Assembly (NCBI GenBank): GCA_030390025.1
Contig: CM059433.1
Coordinates: forward strand, 19,842,001 to 19,906,000
Direction: 5' to 3'
Source: Squalus acanthias
Taxonomy: Eukaryota
DNA: 64,000 nucleotides
This document shows positions 38,367 through 50,444 of this stretch, piece by piece (positions within the stretch are counted from its first letter, which is position 1; each line of letters opens with the position of its first letter). A model generated the notes under the pieces. That model searched no databases. It had not been told where the DNA came from and saw only the letters and a program-made list of their open reading frames with translations. Made by a program: the position numbers and the translations under genes.

Positions 38367-40248
38367 ATGGCTGATCAGAGGCCCAGGGAGAGAGCTGGCC
38401 GATTCAGCGACCACGCCTTGGAGGCTCTGGTTGCGGCCATGGAACGCCGATGGGCAGTGCTCTTCCCGGACACTGGCAGGAGGCCATTGCCGCAGGACTT
38501 CAGGAGGATGTGGAGGGAGGTGGCCCAGTACGCCTCGGCCAGAAGTGTGGTCCACAGGACTCACACCCAGTCCCGCAAGAAGTTCAACGACCTCACTCGG
38601 GTGGTCAGGGTGAGTACATGCTTCAAAAACTTCTACATCCCACCATCTCAACCTCACTCTGTGCACAGACGGTATAAACCGCCAAATCCCCAACACTCAC
38701 CCAACAACTATGCCCATCTACTAAAAGTGACATGCACATCTCACGCCTTGCATATATTAACAGCTATTCAACTATGGTAGGCACATCTGCCAAGTGCATG
38801 GCTGCACACTCACTCACACGCTGTCCTTTTTGTTGCAGGCCAAGCTTGCTCATAACAGGAGGGAGCAGCAATGCACAGGAGGAGGTCAGGCGGAGCTGCA
38901 CCCCCTTACAGACCTGGAGGAGCGAGTGGTGCGCATCATTACGGCTCAGGTCGTGGACGCCCTTGGGGACAACAACGGTATGTTCATCACCTCTCCCTCT
39001 TCTCTCATACCACTTCCCCCCACACCACAAGCCCTTCCCACTTTCCATCTAAGTATACTGTCTCCATTCCTTGCTCCCTTCCTGCCCCCTCCCCTGACGT
39101 TAAACCCACTCTTGTGCCTTTATCCTTTCAGATAATCAGCCACCATCTGACCAGCCTGTCCCTCAGCCTCCCAGTGGCAGCGACATGGGAGAGGAGGAGG
39201 AAGAACAAGCCAGAGCCTCACTGCCTGTGTCTCCCAAAGGTGCTAGGTCCGATAATGGGGCCACGCGGTCACTGGACGGAAGCCTAGGAAATGGGTCTGA
39301 TGTGGGTGAAGCTCTGGGACCCAGTGGGCTGCAGCAACGCCATGGGGAAAAGGAAGCTCGGGGGCCATCTCCCTGGAGGGTGAGTGCGCGCACGAGTTCT
39401 GCTTCACAGGACTCAGATGAGGACCTCGATGTCAAGGCGATGACACACAGGCGATGGGCATGAATACTGAGCTCATGGGTGCAATGTCAAGGGTGCCCGA
39501 GAGCATGGATGTACTGGCTAGGAGCTTGGAGGAGTCCGCCTCCAACATTGTACTCCTCTCTCTGCACACCATCGAGCCCATCCTTGGCACTTTGCAGAGG
39601 ATGGTTGCCTCGCAGAGAGACTGTGGGGATCCAGACCTCATGCTGCGTGTCATGGGTGAGGTGGCAGCATCTATTGCAGCACAGGCCGAAGCAACGCAAC
39701 GGCTTAGTGCTGTAATGGAGTCAGTGGTTGGTGGCATCCAGTCTCAGACTGCTCTGATGCAGTCTCAGATTGATGCCACGCAAGCGCTGACTGCTGCCAT
39801 CGTCGCTGGGTCGCCCACTGTTCACCGGGGATCTGATGGTGCCGCAACAGGCCAGCAATCTGTGCTCGAGCAGATTGCTCTGGATGCTGTGGTTCTGCCC
39901 CAGGGGAGTGGCAGTGTGTCGGTCGAGCAGGAAGGTGCTGTCCTCTCTCGGGATGACAGCATTCCTGCTCCCACCACTGCCACTCCGCCATTGCACTTGC
40001 CGCAGCCTCTAACCCAGCCAGCCCAGACTGCTGCCGCACATGCTGAGGTGTTGCAGTCTGCAGCCAGGCCTTGCAGGGTCAGAGGTGGCCGAGGGCGTCC
40101 TGCAAGGCCATCTGCAGTCTCTGGCTCCCAGACTCAGCAGCCTTCCACCAACCTTGCTGCAGCCACTGGGGCCACATTACGGAGGAGCAGTAGGGTTGGG
40201 AGGGGGGAATTGCAAAGGGGAGGGAAATCATTGAGGAAGGGCGAGTGA
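38367..40248 (+). pseudogene. Harbinger Myb/SANT DNA-binding protein gene, 3 exons (38367-38609, 38839-38977, 39132-40248), one frameshift near 39450
   Basis: MADQRPRERAGRFSDHALEALV...W.EVA...RTHTQSRKKFNDL|AKLAHNRREQQCTGGG...LTDLEERV; GT-AG introns in matching phases (0 and 1). Confidence 0.85.
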
Positions 40249-40544
40249 ATAATACGTTATTAGCAAAGGGGGGGGGGGGGGAGTGTGTGTTAATAATTTG
40301 ATGTGTTTGTAAATATATTGTTGAGTTTGGTAACAAATAGTTCAGTTTGCTAAGAGCCAGTTGTGTTTGTTGATAAATTGTGTTTGTTTACTATTGGTTG
40401 TGTTTGATAAGAGAGAGTTGTGCACAACAATAAATATTTATTTCGATGTAGCACATTTTGTGATGTTTCTCATTTGAGCTTTGCCTGGTGCGAGCTGGCT
40501 GTAATGATGTGGTTGTGCTGCGCAAAGGCCATGTGTTATCTCAT

Positions 40545-41687
40545 TTATTGGAAGCGCTGTGTAATGAGGCGTTCACGAACGGCCCTTGCAGAAGCAACGT
40601 TGAGCGCCTCCCTCCCACGTTGCTGCTGCTCCTCCTCCCCCAAATCCTCCTCCTCCTCTCCCTCTTCCTCCTCCTGAGGTGGACCTGCAATCCATGGTGG
40701 TAATAGCTGGGCCCTCAGAATGGCCAGGTTGTGCAGCATGCAGCACACAATGATGAAAAGGGAGACTCGATCAGGGGAGTACTGAGGGCTCCTCCAGTGC
40801 GGTCAAGGCAGTGGAACCGTTGCTTTAGCACACTGATAGTCTGTTCGATCAGGTTCCTGATGGCGCTATGGCTGTCATAGTATGTGTGTTGAGCAGGAGC
40901 GTTGGGGTTGCGGAGGGGTGTCATCAGCCAGGCGGCGAGCGGATAACCCTTGTCTCCGAGCTGGCCAGCCACGAGCTTCATGTGGTAGGTGGAACAGTGC
41001 TGGGACACCAGTCTGTCACAGGATGAATGCTGCCAGGATAGCGGGCATTGACGGCGAGGATGCGTTGTCTGTGATCGCACACCAACTGCACGTTCAGCGA
41101 GTGGTAGCCTTTGCAGTTGCGGAACACCTCTGCATTGTGATGAGGTGCCCGCAATGCCACGTGGGTGCAGTCAATGGCGCCCGGAACCAAGAAGCTCGTT
41201 ATCCTTGCAAAGCCACATGAGTGTTCATTCTGTTTCTCCCTGGTCATCGGGAAGGAGATGTACTCCCTTCTCCTTCTGTACAGAGCATCTGTCACCTCCC
41301 AGATGCAGCAATGGACGGCGAACTGCAAAATGTTTGCAATATCCCCTGTTGAAGCCCAGAAGGAGCCGCTGGCGTAGAAATTGAGAGCGACTGTGACCTT
41401 CACTGCCACTGAGAGAGACGTCCTTGTCCTGAGCTGAGGCTGGAGGTCTGGCTGCAGGAGGTGGCAAAGCTCTGTGACCACCTCCTTGCTGAAGCGGAGC
41501 CTTCTAAGGCTCTGCTCCTCTGACAGATGAATGGAGGAGAACTGCTCCTGGAATACCCTAGGAGGGTAAGGTCTCCTGTTGAGAGCCCTGTTGGTCCTCC
41601 TCCCACGTTTTCCAATCTTTCTCTCTGTCTCCACTGCCTCCGACGGTGAAGCTGGAGGGCGAGGTCCAGTGCCAGTACAGCCCCCAT
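40545..41687 (-). pseudogene. Harbinger DDE transposase (HARBI1-like family), frameshifted
   Basis: [27 protein letters not shown] (HD motif partly deleted), [36 protein letters not shown] in several frames. Confidence 0.92.
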
Positions 41688-42149
41688 TAAGTGTTGGAAA
41701 TGTTGCACTATCAAATGTAACACAAATGAAAGTGATAAATTTTTCTCAGGAGCAAAACTCCTTCAAGTAGAAAAAGCTCAAATCGGTAAAACCGCCTGTC
41801 CGCTTCTGTCAAACTGACATGGCAGTATTGTTAGCCAACTAAAAAAAACCGTAAGTTCACGCCTTTAAATAGCGCTCCTCCAGCTCTCAACTGACTGCAA
41901 ACCGCCTCCTTTACCTGTTGTTCTTAATGGCAGGCTCTGAGGCAGGGGGCGAGAATTAATTTCCGGTCCGGGTCGATGCGCCGCTGGATGACATCACGAT
42001 CTCCGGCCGCAGGCGGGCGTGGTGATAGTGGTTAGCGCCACTGCAAACCGTCAGGTGAATTTCGCTAACATCACCGAGCCCGGGCGGTAAGTTGTTAGTG
42101 CCGCGTTAGCGCCCCCCGGAGGTGCTAATAGGAGGCGCTAAGATACCCA

Positions 42150-43013
42150 GGGGGAAAAATTCGGTTGCTTTGCGCCTCCCATTATAATGGGGTGCAAAGC
42201 AACTAGCGCCCGGGCGTGGCGATGTTTGCGCCGCTCGCGAAATTGACCAGATATTTTGCGGCAGCGCTAAACACTACCGCCACGATCTCCTGCGCCCGCA
42301 GATTGTGACGTCAGTCGAGCGTGTAGCGCCCCGGACCGGATATTGAGTGGCGCCCCCTGCCTTTCCGCCTGCCGCTAGCAACAACAGGTTGAGGGGAGCG
42401 CTTTGCAGTCGGGAAGGGACTGGGGGAGTGCTAATTAAAGGCGACCGCTTCCTGCCTTTTTTTTGTCGCTGACATTTTTGCACCACGTATTCTGAGAGAG
42501 AGAGAAAGACTTCTGGAAAGATTCAACATTGTGTGACGGAGTTTTGGGTACTGAGCAGCACTTTGCAGGTTCATTTTGATTTGACCTTCCTTGCATCGAT
42601 TTAGAAGAGACTATGGGGGCTGCACTCTGAGCTCTTTCCCCGGGCCTCTCCATTGTTCTTTCCAGCAGATTTAATGTACAGGCCTCTCCAAGCTGAGATT
42701 CAAGGCTGCAATGAGCAGGGTGTGGATGGAGAGCAAGATCGACCCTCCCCTTTAAGAACTGGCCGGCGCCAGTGTGTCTGTGTTTCATTGCTGACTGACA
42801 TCACATGAGCTTCACCAGCGCTCTGAGGTATCGCCTTGCTCCTCGGCGTTAGCGCCTTAAGAGAGGTGTGTAGCGCCTGATTTAGTGCTCCAATCACCTC
42901 AGGGGTAATAGAAGCCAAGTTTGCAGTCGGAGGCGATAATTAGCGCCAGGCGCTAAACTTTGCGCCCGGCCGATAATTGCGCCCCAAACGGGGCGATACC
43001 GAATTTCTCCCCC
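42150..43013. mobile_element. Related Harbinger MITE inserted in opposite orientation into the right TIR of the large element
   Basis: gggggaaaaattcggt ... accgaatttctccccc; ca/cca duplicated at the junctions. Confidence 0.85.
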
Positions 43014-44091
43014 CAATTTCTAGCCCTATGTTTCCAGTCCAACAAAGAAAGAAAAATTGCTTGATTTATTTCTGGAAAATTAAGTGGGGTAAAACACTAC
43101 TGGGCTAGTAGCAGAACAGTTGGGAAATAGTGACTACAACATTGTTAGTTTCAACTTAAGAATCGGAAAGGATAATGAAGATTCAAAGATATGGGCAGTG
43201 GACTGGAAAAAGGCAGTGTTCAGTGACATATGAAGGTATCTGGCAAACTTACTGGCCAGACAAGTTAACAAACAGGTTGATAGATCAGCAGTGAGAAATC
43301 CATAAATATGAGTTGGATAGAGTACGAAATAAATATATTCCTATTGAGCAAAAAGGGATGCATCAAAGAATAGAGTTCCAAGGATAAATAGGGAGATTAA
43401 AACTAAACTGAAACTTAAAAGGGAGGCATATACTAAATTTAGGGCTAACAATCCTTAAGAAAATCATGAGAAAATAGAAAAGGTAAAAAGAGAAACTGGA
43501 AGGGCTAAAAGGGAATATAAAAAAGGCTAGCAAATAATCTAAAAGGAAATTTAGGAGTTTTTATAAGCATATAAAAATAAAATAATAGTTAAAGAGAGGA
43601 TAGGACCACTCAGGGATAAAGGTATGGCATAGAAAATAAATATTTAGCATTGGCTTTTACAAATAATGATGGAAGTTTAGCTGCTCCAGAGGAAAAAATG
43701 GTATCACTGGTAGAGCTAACCATTGGAAAAAAATTGGTTCTAAAAAGAAAATAGCAGAATTCAAGGTGATAAGTAATTGGCCCCTGGTGGCACGTACTGC
43801 GGTCACTGAAAGAAGGAGATAGCAGAGGCTCTGACCACAGTGTTTCAATTCACCATAAATATGCAAATCTTTCCATGGGCCTGGAGAGGAGCCAATGCAA
43901 CACCATTGTTCAAGAAATGAAAGAAAAATAAACCTGATAATTATACACCAATTAGTCTAATGTCAGTTGTATGCAAACTCATGGAATCTGTAATTTGGAA
44001 ATGCATGGCTTAAGGCAGCTGGCAGAAATTTGTTAAAGAGATTATTTTTACCAAATTTACTAGTTTTTTGAAGATCAAACTGATTAGATTT

Positions 44092-45228
44092 TGTTTCCAT
44101 TTGTTCATGCGATGTGGGCAACATTGGCAAGGCTGCATTTATTGCTCATCCCTCGTTGCCCTAAGAAGGTGGTTGTGGGTCTTCTCCTTGAGCCGTTGTA
44201 GTCCTGATGGTGATAGTGCTCCCACAATGGTGTTGGGTAGGGAACTACAGGTGACTGACCCAATGGCGATGAATGAGTGGCGATATATGCAATGTTCCCC
44301 TTAATTTTTGGGTGGGTGGCTCCCTTTAACGGGATGCGCAGCCCATTCGAGGTTCCGCGCATGCGCGGAATTTCACATTGGAAAAGCTGGTCCCGGGCTG
44401 TGCGAGACCGGCAGACAGCTGCACGGCCACGCAGCTTAGAGGAAACATTGGATATATGTCCAAAAAGTATTTTCAAGGCTATGGGGGAAAGAGCATAGGA
44501 GTGGGACTAATTGGAGAGCTCGTTCCAAGAGCTGGGACAGGCACAGTGGGCCAAATGGCCTCCTTCTGTATGTTAGGTCAAATAGTGTATGACATGGAGG
44601 GGAACCTGGAGGTGATGGTGTTCCTGAAAGATTGTCCTTCTTGGTGGCTAAGTTTGCAGGGGAGGGGAGTGCTATCAAAGTAACCTTGGCGTTGTTGAAG
44701 TGCATCCAGTAGGTCATTGAAACTGCAACCACCATGTGCAGTACCAGTGGTGGAGGGGGTGGATATTGAGCCTGGTGACAGGGGCACTGGTCAAGTGAAG
44801 TGCTCTCTTATGGATGGTGTCTAGCTTCTTGAGTGTTGTTGCAGCTGCACCCATCAAGGCGAGTTGTAAGTGTTCCATCACACTCCTGACTTGAGCTTTG
44901 TAGATTGTGGATAGGCTTTGCGTGGTCAGGGGCTGAACCTCTCATCACAGAGTACCCAGCCACTGCTTTGCTTTTGTAGTCACAATGTTGATATGACTGG
45001 ACCAGTTCAGCTTCTGGTCAATGGAGACTCCCTAGGGGACTCAGCGATGGTGGGGCCTTTGAAGGTCAAGCTGAACACTGTGGAATCGTCAGTGAACAGG
45101 CCCAGTCCTGACCTTATGACGGAGGAAGGATCATTAATGATGCAGCATAAACGGTTAGGCTGAGGTGCTTCCCTCAGGAACTTGTGCAGTGATCCCCTCA
45201 ACAATCTTTCTTGGTGTTAAATATGACT
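44092..45228 (-). mobile_element. Crack/Zenon-like LINE fragment with nested hAT MITE and CR1 tail (about 44463-44577)
   Basis: Same 3' end as 15410; minus strand INDPSSVIRSGLGLFTDDSTVF (RT motif). Confidence 0.75.
44290..44450. mobile_element. hAT MITE, 161 bp, 8-bp TSD
   Basis: gatatatg|caatgttccc ... ggaaacattg|gatatatg. Confidence 0.92.
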
Positions 45229-45322
45229 CCAGATAGATAAAAAGAACACTGTACATCGATTTTCAGAAAGTATTCAAGGAGGTGTCTCACCACAAGCTTA
45301 TTGGAAAAATTCAGACATATGA

Positions 45323-45903
45323 GGGGTTAAATTGGGCCCGTTTCCAAGGAATATGCGGCCTCCTAAGGCCACAAAATGGTGGGCAGGAAGTGCGTGCACA
45401 CTTACGACCAAAAGTGCGCCACCTGCCATATTGGATAAGGCCAAACAAGAGAAAACCAACCCTAAACATCGCCTACGTAAAAAAAAGTAAGTACTTACCG
45501 CAATCACCATCCCAATGGGCACCACTTCCAGTCCTGAGATCCTCCAGCCCCTGGCCCTGACCTCCGATGTCCCTCCCACCTCCCCCCCCCCACCCCAGCC
45601 CCAACCTCCAGGCACGCCGACTCCCTCTCTCCCTCCCTCCCTCTCTCCCAATCATGATCTCCCCACGACCCCTGGTGCCTCCCCGACACCCGAGGCCCCA
45701 ATCGCTCCCTCCTTGACCCCTGATGCATCCCCGGCTCCCAATGTCTCCTCCCGAAACATGCAGCACTTACCTATCTCCCCCGTAGCATTGTCGTCAGTAT
45801 AATGAGATCCGTGGCCAAATATCCAGGTCTCCATTTGTGCGCAGGGCAATTATCCTGCGCAGGAAAATGGGTGCCCAAAAATGGATGCTCCCAAGTTTCT
45901 CCC
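45323..45903. mobile_element. Harbinger-type MITE
   Basis: ggggttaaattggg ... cccaagtttctccc; interrupts the CR1 KIQT|HGIKG segment. Confidence 0.65.
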
Positions 45904-46459
45904 GCATGGTATAAAAGGAAATGTAACAGCATGGCTAGAAAGTAGGTTGACGGACAGGAAACAGTTAGGATTAATGGGTTTTGCTGGGATTGGTGAAGGC
46001 TTAGATGTGGTGTACCCCATGTGTCAGTGCTGGGTTCACTTTAGTCCGTAATATATAGACGATGTGGACTTAGGTATAGGGAGCATAATCTTGAAAATTG
46101 TTGATGACACATAAGTAGAGGGTTTGCCAAACAGTAATAAGGAATGTAAAAGATTTCAGGAAAACATAAATAGCTTAGTGGAAAGGGCAGGCAGGTGGAA
46201 GATGCAATTGAATGTGGATAGATGTGAAGTAATACATTTTTGGGGGACAAACGAGGAATGGGAGTATATATGAAATGGACTGATGCTGAAGGGCATGGAT
46301 GAACAGAGAGACCTAGGTGTTTGTAATGTATTATCACATGGTTTGTCACATGGTTTGGTATGAGCATGCTCAGTTCACTCTGGCCTAGTAAAGCAAGCTC
46401 ATGAACTAGCAACTCGTGTCTCTGTCCTTCATGTGTTCTACCCACATATATTACATTTT

Positions 46460-46477
46460 TGGCGACGAGGATGGGAT
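46460..46477 (+). other. Primer-binding site complementary to the tRNA-Ser(GCT) 3' end
   Basis: tggcgacgaggatgggat is the reverse complement of ...AUCCCAUCCUCGUCGCCA (tRNA sequence recalled, not searched). Confidence 0.8.
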
Positions 46478-46712
46478 CCCAAAGCTATTTTTAGGGATCA
46501 TGGAAGGACACAATGTTTAACCTTCGAGTGGAAATGTTTAAGGTGAATTTGTGACACCTAAATTGAATTTTTGTGATGTTTTACCGTTAATGCTCATGCA
46601 GAATCGTCTGTGCTTCGCCTTCGTGTGTATGTTTACACAGCAACAGTGACGTTGATTCTCACAGGTACACAGGCAGCGTGCTGAGTCACTGTTCAACGGG
46701 ATCGGACCAATC

Positions 46713-48147
46713 ATGGCAGCGCCTACGGGATTCATCGGAAGCCTCGGCCTGTATGACCGAGCTCGCAAACCATTCAGTTCTTACATTGAGCGGATGGAAA
46801 TGTTTTTTTAAGGCCAACAACATTAATGAGACTCAAAAGGACTCAGTACTGAAACGAGTGTATGAAAACACCTTGAATGGATGGACTGATCAGTGTCTGG
46901 ATACAGAGTTGAAACCATTCCATAGCCGTCGTACTAAATTGTCTTGTGAGCAAGGTTGTATCAAGTGGGGAAACAGAGTGGTGGTACCTACTTCTTTGAG
47001 AGATAGAATTCTGGACGAACTTCATACTGAACATCCAGGATTGTCAGTATGAAATCAATTACAAGAAGCTTTGTTTACTGGCCTGGATTGGACAGTGATC
47101 TTGAATCACTTGTCAGCAAATGTAGCGTTTGCCAAAATTGCAGAAACAAACCACCCAAAACTCCACTACAACCCTGGTCATGGCCAAGTAGACCTTTTCA
47201 GAGAGCACATGTAGACTCCTGTGAGAAACAAATGATTATTTCCTGGTACTTGTAGATAGTCACTCAAAGTGGATTGAAGTGAAACACATGGGTTCAAATA
47301 CTACAACTGAACGTACCATAGATGAGTTGAGGTCTATCTTTGCATGTCATGGCTTACCCGAGGAGCTTGTTTCTGACAATGGCCCTCAGTTCCGTTCTGC
47401 TCTATTCCAAGAGTTCATGAAATGGAACGGTGTCAAACATACTCTCGTTCCACCATATCATCCAGCTTCAAAAGGAGCAGCCGTAAGGTCAGTCAGAAAA
47501 GTAAAAGAAGCTCTCAAAAAGCAAATATTGCAGGCTTGTTTGGGACTCAGCCTGAAGCAACGTTTGACAAATTTCTTGCTGAAGTACAGAAATACTCTGC
47601 ACACTACAACTGGATATAACCCAGCAGAACTCTTGATGAAGAGGAGATTGAGAACACGATTGAGTCTTGTTCAACCAAATTTGGCCTCAAGAGTTGAACA
47701 GAAACAGTTGAGTCAGAAAGGTTATTATGACAGCAATCAGAAAGAACACAGTTTCAGACAAAACGAGTGTGTTCGTGTTCTCAGTCCCCCTGGCAAGTCG
47801 AGTTCACACAAGTGGCATATAGCAACCATGGTAGAGGTTGGTGGGACCAAGAGATATTTGGTTGAAATTGGTGACAACATCCGAAGTGTTCGTGTAGATC
47901 AAATGATCTCTGTTAGCATGAACCAAGACGTGATCTTGAACCACTTGATCATGAACTCATACATGAGTTTGACTCCGTTCAGACTTCAGTAACTGACGTA
48001 TCAGGTTCAAACAAGTCTGAGATAGAAACCGGATCACCTTTGAGTTCGGAACCAAAACAAAACAGCCCGAAAATTGGTTCAACACCAAAACCTTCTGTAA
48101 GGAGATCAGGAAGGCTCCGCAAACCTCTTATTAAACTGGATTTGTAG
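46713..48147 (+). pseudogene. Gypsy Gag N-terminus fused to integrase (frameshifted)
   Basis: MAAPTGFIGSLGLYD...YIERMEMFFKANNI|NETQKD...LHTEHPG..MKSITRSFVYWPG..C..C, HVD, SDNGPQF, PYHPASKGAAVR. Confidence 0.9.
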
Positions 48148-48240
48148 TTTATTTGTAGCATTTATAGTTGATTTAAAAGAAAAAAAAAGCCAGGAGTTTT
48201 TGTTATGTGGTACATGTAATGCTGGGAAAGGTGGGACCAG

Positions 48241-49005
48241 GGGCTGGATTTTCTCAATGGGGGCACATTGGGAGCGGGATGGCTGGTTTTCGGGTTTTAG
48301 TCTCGCCCCCCAACTACGTCTGGCCTACCCACGCTATTTTCCCTTGATTGACCTTGTTAAGCCCACCCTATTAAGGGAAAGCCGGTGACAGAGGACGTCA
48401 GCGTATGACGTTTCATCTGTCAAAAATTTTTGACAGATGAATTGTCAGCGTTTGACAGCATTGAGAAGCTGTCAAACACTGACAATCTCTGTTCTAAGGT
48501 GAGCCCTTGTACTGAAGACTCAACAAACCTCTTTCCTCAGCAGAAATCAAATGGCTGCTGCATCTGAGAATGCAGCAGCCATTCTGTCATCTCTACCATT
48601 GAGATGAGGCACCTCCGGATCCCCAAGGGTTGAAGCCTGCAGGAAGAAACAAAGGCAAGTAAACTTCTTCTAACACTTTACACTCACCTCTCATACTTAC
48701 CTCTCCACACTTGCACCCATCACTCACCTCCACAGCGGACTTTTCGATCCCTCTCACCCCCGCAGACCCACTGCTCGCCTCGCTGACCCTGGCGAGGTTC
48801 GCAGCCGTCGGGAAGCCCGCACTTGCAGGGGTAAAATAGGGATAAGCCTCTTAACTACCTGTTAACAGGCAGTTAAATGGCTGTAATCCCCTTCCTGCCT
48901 CGAGGAGACGGGTCCCTGCTCGACTCGGGGACCCGCTTCCCGGGAAGATGGCATGGAGGCAGGTTGGGAGCGGGTTTGGTACCCCGGGCTGGCAAAATTC
49001 CCCCC
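48241..49005. mobile_element. Harbinger-type MITE nested in the Gypsy 3' UTR
   Basis: gggctggatttt ... aaaattcccccc; interior similar to 23024-23907. Confidence 0.7.
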
Positions 49006-49902
49006 ATAGCTTTGTTGTATTTGAGAGGGGAATATGTGCATTTTTTTAAAGGGGAAAGCAGTCTAATATATTATCACATGGTTTGTCAAATGGTTTAGTA
49101 TGAGCATGCTCAGTTCGCTCTGGCCTAGTAAAGCAAGCTCATGAACGAGCAACTGGTGTCTCTGTCCTTCATGCGTTCTACCCACATATATTACAGCGTT
49201 CAAAAACATAATTCTCTGAAAGTGTAAATGCTGGTTGCCAAAGCCATAAAAAAAAAGGCCAACAGCATTTTGCATTTTATACATAATTTGTGGATGTGCT
49301 TTTTTAAGAAAAGCTTTCTGAATTTGCAGAGGCAGTAAACACGTGGATGGATTGAAGCCCATCAGGCAGGTCAGATTGGAGAAAACTCAGATGAAGCCCC
49401 TGACTGTCAGGTCCAGGGGTTAATGCAGACTTGTCTTTACCAGTTAATCCACAACAGACAAACTCTGTCTTCAAATGGCAGGATGTAAATAATCCTGGAC
49501 AGCTTTGACTCCACTGTACACTATCCATAAAACTGTCTAGTTTGGGTTACAAAGATTGAACTGACCCAGGCGGGTTCTTGCTACTCAAACTTCCTCCTAT
49601 GCATTGTTAATGAGGTTGCCTGTCAGCTTCAACTAAATTGTTATTACTATTTTACTTGCTCCAATTCAGTAAGTTCCACTTACGCAGATCAAGAACCAAT
49701 ATTTGTGGTAGGATTATACCGTGCATGTTAGGATTCAGTCTAACTTAGTTGAAGCAAGGTAACACAGGGCAAAAAAATGATTGTCACTATTGTATGTCAC
49801 CACTGTCCATGTGCACTATTACACACTTGTACTATAAGATTTTTCCCCCCATTATCTAGGTTTTAAGAGTAACGTTAGGTATATTTTAAACTTTACTTAC
49901 TG

Positions 49903-50072
49903 GTCCAAAGATGTGCGGGTTAGGTTAATTTGGCTATGATAAATTGACCCTTAGTGTTAGGGGGATTAAATACGTGGGGTTACGGGGATAGGGTGGGATA
50001 TGTGTCGGTGCAGGCTCGATGGGCCGAAATGGCCTCTATCTGCACTGTGGGGATTCTGTGATTCTGTGATTC
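49903..50072 (+). mobile_element. HE1-like V-SINE, 5'-truncated
   Basis: Near-identical to 33989-34184 without the 28-bp duplication. Confidence 0.85.
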
Positions 50073-50444
50073 CCGGCTTATAAAGTGGGAGAGCATTTTT
50101 TTTTTGTTGGTCTGGGCTGTTTGTTGAATTATTGGTGTGGTGAATCGTAAATTTGGCAGTGTGCAGGTTTTGGAACAGCCACACAAACTCAGTCAGAGCT
50201 AGGTTGGTGAGACACAGTGCTTTACTGTTAGCAGAAGTGCTTCTGTTATATAACCTTGGCCCACTGCCTTGGGATAATGGTATTCATCTTGGGGTAATTG
50301 TAACCCTTTGGTATACCATCAGATAAGCTACAGATATTCCTGCAACAGATTTATTAAACTCTCGTGACAATGTTATTTTTACACAATCTCTAGTTGTCTC
50401 GTCTGGGCTATAGCGCATATTTTGTTTTTGTTATGCATGTACAG

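Larger units (their letters stand above)
38034..43026. mobile_element. Near-full-length PIF/Harbinger DNA transposon (two convergent genes)
   Basis: Left TIR gggggaaaaattcggta; right TIR reconstructed as tacccaatttctagccc after removing 42150-43013; flanks aat/tat; Myb/SANT gene (+) and DDE transposase (-). Confidence 0.93.
46322..49195 (+). mobile_element. Internally deleted Gypsy/Ty3 LTR retrotransposon
   Basis: 134-bp LTRs at 46322-46455 and 49062-49195 (8 mismatches); TSD gtgtt/gcgtt; PBS 46460-46477; PPT aaaggggaaagcag 49048-49061. Confidence 0.95.
37000..49290 (+). pseudogene. Ancient CR1 ORF2 fragmented by nested insertions
   Basis: Colinear pieces: 37000-37196 (...AIILGNFN), 37941-38033 (YPKINW...FLECISDCFLDQ), 43027-44090 (YVSSPT...NYTPISL), 45230-45322 (DFQKVFKEVSH), 45904-46321 (...RDLGV), 49196-49290 (...KAIKK). 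Confidence 0.8.

Noticed and set aside
40545..41687. Domesticated HARBI1 gene
   Set aside because: Multiple frameshifts, flanking TIRs and a linked Myb gene show it is a transposon copy
46460..46477. tRNA gene fragment
   Set aside because: Only 18 nt including the CCA complement, directly after an LTR; it is a PBS
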